Assembly (NCBI GenBank): GCA_951406725.2 | Contig: OX597839.1 | Span: 31,992,001-32,056,000, forward strand | Direction: 5' to 3' | Source: Octopus vulgaris | Taxonomy: Eukaryota | DNA length: 64,000 nt | Shown: positions 54,160-64,000 of the stretch, piece after piece | How positions within the stretch are numbered: the stretch's first letter is position 1 | How the letters are laid out: each line of letters starts with the position of its first letter | Translations under genes and position numbers: made by a program | Notes under the pieces: generated by a model | The model's database searches: none | What the model was told of the DNA's origin: nothing | The model's input: only the letters and a program-made list of their open reading frames with translations

Positions 54160-54870
54160 ATTGAAACCAAATGGCTCAAATTTATGGTTATAGCTGTCGG
54201 AAAGATCTGACTTTATTCAGAACAATTACTAATTTTTCCGTTACAGATCGCTAAACAATACAATATTTCACCAGACACATAACTGTAGAAGGTAAAACAT
54301 TATTGTTCTTAGAAATAGTAAGCTTTTATAGAATTCAACAAACTGTTTGGAAGGTTCACATTACAACTGAAGCAAAATTAATAAACTTATGAAACAGATT
54401 TAATAAAATAATAAAAATTTTTTAAATAGAATGAAAACTTTCTCAGTCTATTTTTGCTTCTTATTCGCATTTTTAGTTATCATTGAAACTGAAAGCCGTG
54501 CTTACATTTTTTTCACTTACCTTTCATTTTTTAATTGATTAGGATTTTTTTTTTTAGATGATATTAATAGCAATTATATGAAACCTCTATACATTATTTA
54601 CTCTTTGTTATGTAAATTGTTAATGTATGTAATAAAAATCTGTATAAAAATTGAACATAATATTTTATTTAAGTCAATAATTTTAAGTTTGCAACTATAA
54701 TTTGTACACTTTTCTAATACTATATTTCTTTAGAGGCTGACACATTTTCACAACTTTAAACTGCAGGAAAATTGGAGAAAAAAAAATTCATCAGATTGTT
54801 TGAAACACCTGCAGACTATAAATTTCTATAGAAGCAAGAATGGAGATACCAAATACATTATGTTTACAAG
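54160..54870 (+). pseudogene. CENPS: Possible CENPS/MHF1 histone-fold relic
   Basis: ~54175 LKFMVIAVGKI* (LKAAVHYTVGCLC); ~54295 KTLLFLEIVSF (QTIAAISELTF); ~54815 DYKFL / RSKN...KYI (DVKLL / RRSN...KYI). Short and frameshifted. Confidence 0.4.
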
Positions 54871-54877
54871 ACTACCA

Positions 54878-55097
54878 TTAACCCTCTTGATACCACTGGC
54901 CTGACACCACTCTTGGTTCTATAATAAAACTTCTTGTTTTAAAGAGATTTAAATTAAAGCCTTCCTTTAAAGTTTCATGTTATGTTTCAAAAACCAGCTT
55001 AATAACTGCAAAGTGATTTCATTGGGTTCTTTAATTTCAAAATTAATTGAAATAAAAGGCAGTGTATTTCAACAGGAATATGGTCATGAAAGGGTTG
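54878..55097. mobile_element. Second TTAA/CCC-terminated MITE family
   Basis: ttaaccctcttgatacc...aaagggtt; reversed relatives at ~32901-33116 and ~42177-42400. Confidence 0.7.
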
Positions 55098-55391
55098 GCA
55101 ACCTTTGAATTATTCAGAGCTCAATTCAGTAAATGAACACTTAAATTTCCCAATCGTTTCAAACAAATGTGAAAAATAATGGTTTCAAATTCCGGCACAA
55201 GGCCAGCAATTTCAGAGGGAGGGTTCAGTTGATTACATCAACCTCAGGGCTCAACTGGTACCTGTTTTACTGACCCCCAAAAGGATGAAAGGCAAAGTCA
55301 ATGTCAGCAAAAAACTTAGAGTGTAAAGAGCCAGAAAAAAGGCTGCTGAGCATTTTGTCCAATACATTAATGGTTCTGCTAGCTCACTGCC

Positions 55392-55618
55392 TTAACCCAT
55401 TAGCATTTCAACTGGCCATATCCAGCCCAAATATTCTACCTGTGTTGTGTTCAAAGCAGCTAGATCCAGCCTCTCACACCTACCCAACAGTGTTATTCTA
55501 AAAATAAACAATCCCATCATCAAATCCTCAAAGCTGCAAGATATTGCATGATTAATTCAAAACAATGTAATTAAATAGCATTAGATTTGACAGAGCAATC
55601 TGAACGCTAAAGGGTTAA
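55392..55618. mobile_element. TTAA-flanked piggyBac-type MITE
   Basis: ttaacccattagc...gctaaagggttaa. Confidence 0.85.
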
Positions 55619-55964
55619 ACATGGGAACAATTACAAATGAACTAATATTTGCACATATTGGGGTCAGACTTAACATGATATTACAAGTTCTTGGCAAAAA
55701 CATTAACTGTTCAGGAGATAAATATTTAATTCTGATTATGACTACAAGCTTACATTTTTATGTGTTCAGAAAACAGAAAGCTACAAACTCTAAATCACTA
55801 GAAATATGAACAGGAGACGTCAGAAACTAGAGATCTGTACTTGTACATCAAATGGAATACAAAATGAACATATTTTATTTGTTGTTACAAATTTACAAGA
55901 TTGTTTTCTTACAATGTTCACATATTAAATATACATACATAAGAAAATATTTCTTCTCTCTCTG

Positions 55965-56310
55965 AAGTCTATCAAGTGAGCAGTAGTGTACATTATTATC
56001 TTAAAGTGGCACATGTCAATAAAACTACTCAAAAGGCTAAGAGGATAATTGGGAATCCATAAGATCAACCACGGTGTTTAGACCATATTGATTAATAATA
56101 GATTAATCTACTTTGTATGTGTTTCTTTCTCAGAATTACACCAGATAGAAAATCTTTGAAAACAAGCGTGTGTGAATTTAGAAACAAAAACAACCACTAC
56201 AACGCTAACAACAAGAATCTATATCGTAAAACTGGGTGAAAAACAATATGGTGTAGTTAACGTAACTGGCATATCATAGCCATCGAAGTAGTAAATGGCT
56301 CTAGATAAAG
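55965..56310 (-). pseudogene. CENPX: Possible CENPX/MHF2 histone-fold relic
   Basis: ~56305 LSRAIYYF (VSRLLHLHF); ~56220 I*ILVVSVVV (LKVFVVEAAV); ~55975 HLIDF (LLLDF, the C-terminus). Weak and context-dependent. Confidence 0.3.
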
Positions 56311-57054
56311 AAGAAAAAAAAAAAAATACTAAAGAACTGTTGTTATTGTTTTTCTTTAATGGAAACTATCAAAAATGTTAAAAGAATTCTCTCAGAGATG
56401 AAAGAAATTAACAAAAAAAACAAACCTAATATGTTACTAGTGAAAATATAGATAGAATAGATATGAAAAACGGTAAATAACTTTAAAATACAGGCTTTCT
56501 CTCTTCAACACAATTGTAATATAAATTGAACTTTCACTGTCTCATGATAATACTGTTTGTGGTTTTGATAATGTAAAATGACTAAAAGTTACTGAAAAGA
56601 ATGGCATAAATTTTTAGCAACATACACAAACTCAGTTTGGAGTGAATCTAATTGACAACAAATCAAAGTTGTTGTTATTGTGTAGCCTTGGTCTGCTCTG
56701 GCTTGACTGACTTATCAAAGGCACAAAAGCAGAAGGTAAATACTTTTGTTTAATCAAATGTTTATTCTTCTAGCTCTGAACATAAATGTGAGTATGATGC
56801 TGAAAAGTTTAAAAAAACTGCAATCCCCCATTGTAAAGTAGGCAGGGGGTTTGTTGAAAGAAATTTTGCAGTTTTACTGAAGAGGTTGACTGACTATAGA
56901 AAATTGACTTTGAAACTAGATTTTGCAAAAAGAAGTGCAGAATAAAAAGAAAACAGTTTGTTAAAAGAGATCTTGAACTGAAAACAGCAGATTGTGGTCT
57001 TATGAGTTTATAAAACCAAAAGTGGTGATAATAGCATTGATGATAACAGTAATA

Positions 57055-57495
57055 ATCCTTTCTACTAAAGGCACAAGGCCTGTAATTTTGGGGGAGGGGA
57101 CTGGTCAATTACATTGACCCATGTACTTGACTGATACTTAATTTATCGACCCCAAAAGGATGAAAGGCAGTCGACCATGACAGAATTTGAACTCAGAACA
57201 TAGTGATTGGCAAAATACCACTAAGCATTTTGCCTGGTGTGCTAATGATTCTGCCAGCTCACAACCTTAATGATAATAGTAATAATGATTTCAAATTTTT
57301 GCCACAAGGGCAGCTTGGGGGAGGGGATTAAGTCGATTACATCAACTCCAGTGCGTAACTGGTACTTATTTAATCGACCCCAAAAGGATGAAATGCAAAG
57401 TCGACCTTAGTGGAATTCAGAACATAGCGGCAGATGAAATACTACTTAGCATTTTGCCTAATTGTACTAATGATTCTGCCAGCTTGCTGCCTTAA
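57055..57495 (-). mobile_element. Two tandem family B SINE copies
   Basis: Repeated cgaccccaaaaggatgaaa...gtcgacc...tgccagct. Confidence 0.85.
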
Positions 57496-57829
57496 TGATA
57501 ATAGTAATAATGACAGTGATAATGGTAAAAGCAATGATCATAGTGATAATAGTAATGATAGTGATAATGATAACAGCAATGATGATAATGATAGTGACAA
57601 TAGCAATGATCAGAGCCAAGAAATTGCCTACCAACACCTTTTCCCCCTGTAGATTTCCTGAAGCAGGGGTCATAAGTTTGAAATACTGAAATACTAAGTA
57701 ATAGTATTAACCATTGAAATGTATTTCTATTTTTTTTAACTTGCAATGTTTTGGTTTAAAAAAACAATATTTAAAACATTTATATATATATGAAACCATG
57801 ATTCACAAAAACTGTACTATTCTAACAGC

Positions 57830-58135
57830 AATGATGATAATCATAATGATAATAGCAATGCTGATAATGATAATAGTAATGCTGATAATGATAATCACAA
57901 TGATCACAGTGATAATGATAATAGCAATGACCATAGTACTAATGATGATGGTGATACCAATAATGATTGGAATAGCAATGATGATAATGATAATAGTAAT
58001 GCTGATAATGATAATCACAATGATCTCAGTGATAATGATAATAGCAATGACCATAGTACTAATGATGATGGTGATACCAATAATGATTGGAATAGCAATT
58101 AGGATAAATATGACAGCGGCAATAATGATAGTAAT
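57830..58135 (+). repeat. Degenerate (GAT/AAT)n tract with a ~120-bp tandem duplication
   Basis: gataatgataatagtaatgctgataat...gattggaatagcaat occurs twice, 120 bp apart. Confidence 0.85.
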
Positions 58136-58573
58136 AAACAAAATGAAAACGATTAAAATTTCACAGCTACATATACTTAATAAGAAAAGATGAAAGAAAT
58201 AGGGTCTTTTGTAAAGCAATTGATACTGCTTGGATATTAAAAGCATCAATCAGTAGAGTTCTTAATTTTTAACTAACAAACATCATAAAAATTTCACTCA
58301 TAAATGAGTAGAATGCACGACTAAATGACATTGTATCGGCTGTGTGTTTGTGTTTGTGCCATCAATCTTATCTTGCCTGAAAGTTAATTGATCAATAACT
58401 GCTAATTCAGCTTTCAAATTCTAATCAATCATTACTGTAATTTTAAAATTTTCTTCAAATTAATAAAATGTTTGTAGTAAGTTGATACAATGACTGTATC
58501 TAAATGTGTGTGTCTCTGTGTGTGTGTTTGCGCACTTATGTATGTGTGTGTCTGCACATTTATGCTTGTGTGA

Positions 58574-58631
<58 letters not shown>

Positions 58632-58646
58632 ATGTATGTATGTATG

Positions 58647-58697
<51 letters not shown>

Positions 58698-58749
58698 TGA
58701 GTGAGTGTGCATATAAATGAAAGATGCCAATTAGAAATGGAGACCCATT

Positions 58750-61546
58750 GTATACAGCTATAACAAAATGTAATTTGATCTTCATCAAATTTATCTTCTT
58801 ACCAAAAATATATGCTATAATTGCTATTTCAGAAACATTGTTCTTAACATTTTTGACCATTACAGTATAGTTCTAGTCAAAGCTATGAAGATTTATTATT
58901 CACTGAATGGCAATGGACTGTTATAATTGCAGATAATCTTAGAATATGTCAAACCTTCACCAGCAATTTTAGTGTTGTTATTCTCTGAAGCAGTGAAGTG
59001 CATGGCGCTGTGGTTAAGGTGTTTGGCTCATGATCATTAATGTCATTGGTTCAATTCCTGAACTGAGCAGCATATTGTGTCCTTGTGTAAGGCACTTTAT
59101 TTCATGTTGTTCTAGTCTACCCAACTTATAAAGTGCTGGTGCAGAGCTCTCTCTCTCTCTCTCTCACTCTTTTTCCAACTATCACATCTTGGGTATGCCA
59201 CAAGGTCAAAAAATGGGAGAGTCAAGAGGGTATCTATGATGGCTCATGACTCTATAAACATCTGATACAATTAGCAAAAGCATGGTTTATGCTACCAAGT
59301 TATGCTCTTTTGCAGGTAACAGCTGGATTTCTCTTCATTCCCTCAAGCAAGCCAAGATTTCAATTTCCAGTGAAAATCATTTCACAATTTGTTACTAATA
59401 TCTTACATTTTAATGGCAAAAATACTACACTTAATACTTCCCCACTATTAAAATTATCAGGCTTCTTCACTATCTCTCATATTACTTCAAATCAAAGTTT
59501 AAGCCACTGGACATTGCCTAAAGAATAATCTTGCTCAATAATGCAAGACTATTAATGTTTTATGCACAGCAGAATAATGTTAAAATTCCTGAGGCAAATT
59601 TCTCTTCCCAATTGGAGATACTACAGTTGTTGTCTTTCCTTTCGTTAACATAGATTAATCACTGATGAGAGACTGACTCTAACAAGCAGACTTGTTCTTC
59701 ACAATATATAAAATTAAAATCTATGACATGATTCCAACAATTGAAATGATTATGTTACATGATAATATGGCTATTTGTCCAAATAAATTCTAAAAACTGT
59801 TTCTGCATGTGATGTCTAGATACAGTTAAAAGAAAACCTGCAAGGAATTAACACATTCTTCAGAGGAATGAACAAAAATTAGCCCAAGTCAATCTGCAGT
59901 GATATTATATATGTTGCAAATAGATGCATGATTGCTACTGCTAAATTTAGAGCTCTATGTAGATTATTTTCGTCCCGTATAATGATGTTACTTGTTATGA
60001 TATATCCCATGATCAACCAGACTATAAGAAGTTTTTGTACATTGCTGGTCACAATGCGCTTTCCATTATTTTAGCTTTCAAATGATGTCAACCCACTGGC
60101 TGGTTGTACCTGTAATTCAAAAGGCCATCTTTGTCACATTCTGTGTCATGCAGTTTCTCTGACAACTTCGTTAAGGGTACATGTGTGTAATGCTCAGCTA
60201 ATTGTACATTAATTACATGAGGAAGCTGTTCCATTGATCGAATCAAATGGAACCCTCACTGTCATAACTACTAGAGTGCCAGTCAACCCACTGGCTAGGC
60301 AAGCAGGTTGTCATGATTATGTTGGACAAACGAGCCTCCCTTTACGTAAAAGAGTAGCGGTCCATAAAGAAGAAATAAATCTCCCAGAATACTGTCAAAT
60401 TCCACTAAGTAGCCACATAGACTCGTGCGCTAAAGACAAAACTCCCAAATTTTACATATTCCCCTTCTACCAATGTAAAGACGGAATCACTACACAAGAA
60501 AGAATTAACAAGGAGAATCTTTTTATTGAAAAATTCAAAACGCATCTTAATATGCAAACACCACATTGATCATACTTCTTTTTTCTACCTCTTTCTTCAA
60601 GGATGGACTAATATAAATATATAAGGATATCATGCAGTTATCACTTCAAGCTAAAAATTATATTCTTTATTTATTATTATTATTATTATTATTAATATTA
60701 TTTTTATTATATATGACATAACAATCTGAAACAAAATTATATATTGGTTTATGTAAATTTATATAATTAGAAAACAATATAAATAAAGTGTTAAAATCTG
60801 AGTGCTAAGTTAGCAAACAATTATATAAAAAAAGATAATGCAAATGAAGCTAAAATGATAATTTTATACTTCAAGGTTTATTAACATCCTATCTTACAAA
60901 AAATTGATAATCCCAATTGAAGAGCACAAAATCCACACAGAGTTGTCTCCCCTTACAGGAACTGGATAACTCCTACCCCATTTCCTGTTTTGACATCCTA
61001 AATTAAACACATGGATTTAATCACACTCCAAGGTAATTTTTTCCAAGAACTATCATTGAATTCGAGATGCACAAAGACTTTACAATGTATCGGTGTACCT
61101 ATTCTTTAATTTTTGTATATGTTTATTATTTTTTTGCAAAAATCAATATAATTTTCTTTTTTCCCCCTCCTCAATTATAAAAAAAAAATTTTTTCACCTT
61201 ACAATTCTTGAAAAGTCACATTGCAACGAAAATCGGTTACAGTTAATATCTTTAAAAAAAAAAATTTTTTTTTTAATTTTCCATACACCCATTTTCATTA
61301 AAATTTACCTTCAATTTAGCATTCTGCCTTTTTATAATTTTTCCTTGCCTATATATATATATATATATATTCCCCTAGCAATTTATCTCTTTCAACTCTC
61401 AGTTTGATGAGCAATGCAAAACTGGTCCTTACTTCAATTATGTTCTAAGAACAAAACCTTATTTTGTACAAAATTGTATATCTTTATCATGGCTCTAATA
61501 CACTCTTAAATCCTGTAAAACAAATCTTCTGTGTTTTTTCATCTTA

Positions 61547-61582
<36 letters not shown>

Positions 61583-64000
61583 GTTACTAGTTATGATACA
61601 CACACACATATATATATATACATATAGTTACTAGTTATGATACACACACACACATATATATATATATACAATAAAAAGGAAGGTGGACTTCTAAAATATC
61701 TAAAGATTTATAGAAGATATAGTAGTATGTAATTGAGTCTTTTCAAGATCTCCGCTGTCTTCAACAATATGAAAATAGCTATAAACAGAAACTAAAAATC
61801 TCTGCTAGCAATGAGCCTAGCAAAAATAGGATTGAAGAGGCTAATGTTTTGAAAATATTAAAAGAATGAAAAGGTTGTAAGTTTAGTCATGTCCAAACAC
61901 AAATTAATATTAACTTCCATTTTGTGATTGAATGGTTTGTATTATAGCTAGCAAACATTTACTCCAATAAACCAAGCAAATATCAAAAAATTATAGGTGT
62001 TTACACAAAAAGATTAGTATTTTTAGAGATGAATTTTTTTTTTTGGTACTAACATCTACACTATTTTCCAATTAGTTGGATATCTGACTACCTTCAGGGG
62101 TCTTATAACTAGTAGGGTCCATAGTACAGCATTAGATTCCAACTGAGAGTAGTAACATTCTTATCCACTAGGACACTGATGCATAAACATACCTTTTACT
62201 TGTTTCAGTCATTAGACTGTGGCCATGCTGGGGCTCTGCCCTGGAGAATTTTTAATCAAATGAATCAACCCCTGTACTTTTTCTTTTTTAAAGCATGGTA
62301 CTTATTATTATAACAGTCTGTTTTGCCAAACTGTGAAGATATGGGGGATGTAAACAAACCAACGCTAGTTATCAAGCAGTGGTAGGGGACAAACAGACAC
62401 AATGACACATGCATTCATATATGATGGGCATCTTTCAGTTTCCACCTGCTAAATCCACTCACAAGGCTTTGGTCAGTCCAAGGCTATAGTAGCTACACTT
62501 GCTCGAGGTGCCATTCTGTGGGACTGAACCTGGAACCATGTGGTTGGGAAACAAACTTCTTACCACACAGCCATGCCTGTGCTCACACATTTAATTTAGA
62601 AATAAAAGTTTTGAGTTCAAATTCAGTCTAATATTATATACACATCCAGGAATAAAACACCTGATAAAAATCCAATATCAAAGCATTTAAAATGTAGTTT
62701 AGATGCAAATATTTTAAAATTTCCAACTCTTAACATAAGGTTACTAATCTGACAAAAATGGTTAATCATATATACCCAGGTACTATTTGTAAGGAAGAAA
62801 AAAGGGTTGAGACAGCAATTAAGTGTAAACATAGGTCCAGATAAAGTAAAAAGGGTGAAACAGTAGAAAAATCACAGAAAGATGTGAAACAGTTAACTAC
62901 TTTGTTGGTAATTAATACCCTGAAGGGTCAAATGAGGAACAAAACAAAATGAATTAGGTTTGTCTGTAATGAACAAAATAAGTACAATAAGTACACAGAT
63001 AATAAACAAATAATTAATGACACAAAAAACATATATGGAGGTATATTACTTTGATAACTTATAATTTTGAAAGACTACAAAAAAATTTTTTTCATTGTCT
63101 GTTTTGAAAAGACTAGAAAACTGTATACATAACAAAAAATATTTGATGACAACTTATGTTTGGCAGTGAAACAATAAAATACTATATTCATTGCTTAATA
63201 TGGGAATCGATATACTTTTCATGTTTTGTCTCCCAGTGATCTTTCAGATAAAAGATATTTTATCAGAATTTTTTCAATAGTTTGACAATAACAACAACAA
63301 TAATGAATAACTGATAACTACTAAAATACGAAAGTGTAATAGTTCTTACTGCTTTTGATAAAACAGCTTTTGATAAAAATCTTTCTAAAAGAATGTAAAA
63401 TATAGGATATTCAATGAAAATATTGTTATTGAAGAGTAACGAATATAGTTTGGGCTCAAAGTGTAGTGTAAACATTTAAGAAGGGCTTAGTGAAATACAA
63501 TGGCAGATGCATTCAGCTGAGACACTAAAATAAAGGTGTAATACAACAGTCTGGTACATCAGACTGAATTAGTCATTGCTGTTGTTCTGTTTAGCCCAAG
63601 GTCAGCTCTGATCAAGCAGACCAATGATAAAAGACATTCCAGTTATAGCCATCCCATCATCTTGTATGTCAGAGACTACATTGTACAATGGTGTGATTTC
63701 TGGTCAATTTGACTATCATCTCAAGCAAGTCAAGAGACTGCATAGGGCTTCTCTTGTCTGAGAGTCAGTGTATTAATTAATTAGATGAGATCTGATAAAT
63801 TTTGACCTCCCGTTTGAGAAGATATAAGATCAAGCTGCTTGAAGTGAAGCTTTAATTAGGTCTATCCAATCAATGCCATCATAGAAAAATAATAATTAAC
63901 ATTTAAAAACTGACAATGATTATATGGATGATGAAAATGAATTGTGAAATGATAATGGAAATGTATAACCACACTATTTTAAATATACGCACTTATGCAT
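58750..64000 (-). pseudogene. FANCM: 3' part of a decayed FANCM-like gene (MM2 region, ERCC4-like and HhH domains); the 5' end presumably lies beyond the window
   Basis: Colinear: ~63475 MFTLHFE (MM2 motif LFSVTFD); ~61710 IFYKSL..RSP (IYMKSLRSP); ~60950 SCKG..LCVDF (SCKG...VCVDF); ~59880 IFVHSSE...SLQV (ILVGGHE...GLEV); ~59760 LSCNIIIS (LNGCDYIVS); ~59575-59510 YSAVHKTLI...ARLFFRQC (YDSLLTTLI...IRILFSSC); ORF ending 58860 ungapped NNVSEIAIIAYIFGKK...LHFV (SSLQEISMYAQVTHQK...IHYV). Direct support reaches ~63490. Confidence 0.6.
60310..60569 (+). mobile_element. GIY-YIG endonuclease C-terminal fragment, 5'-truncated Penelope-like element
   Basis: DYVGQTSLPLRKRVAVH...HID.C...R..KE..FI.KF...LN, open to the stop codon; abuts a SINE on the 5' side. 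Confidence 0.85.

Noticed and set aside
57434-58249. Met/Ile-rich or Asn/Asp-rich ORFs resembling secreted or membrane proteins
   Set aside because: They derive from degenerate (GAT/AAT)n repeats and a SINE end, and are open in several frames on both strands.
60234-60569. Host GIY-YIG nuclease such as SLX1, as an FA-pathway member
   Set aside because: The motif pattern, 5' truncation at a SINE and lack of the first GIY motif fit a Penelope-like retroelement end.

Overview
This is AT-rich eukaryotic DNA dense in microsatellites, tRNA-derived SINEs, LINE/Penelope fragments and MITEs. The repeat landscape looks like Octopus (coleoid cephalopod), which is an inference. I found no intact protein-coding gene; most ORFs in the supplied track are microsatellite or SINE artefacts. 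When the unique DNA between the repeats is translated by hand, reading through stops and frameshifts, it gives colinear, non-overlapping relics resembling the Fanconi anemia (FA) upstream machinery. In order: FANCC(-), FANCA(+), FAAP100(-) with a possible nested FANCF(+), FANCE(-), FANCB(-), FANCG(+), FAAP20(-), FANCL(+), FAAP24(+), UBE2T(-), CENPS/MHF1(+), CENPX/MHF2(-) and the 3' half of FANCM(-), which runs off the window. The window therefore appears to hold a fossil, physically clustered set of FA core-complex genes, all disabled. The alignments were made by eye against human sequences recalled from memory and have no statistics. Boundaries are approximate, and the short calls (FANCF, FAAP20, UBE2T, CENPS, CENPX) are weak on their own. 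A frameshift-aware homology search is needed.
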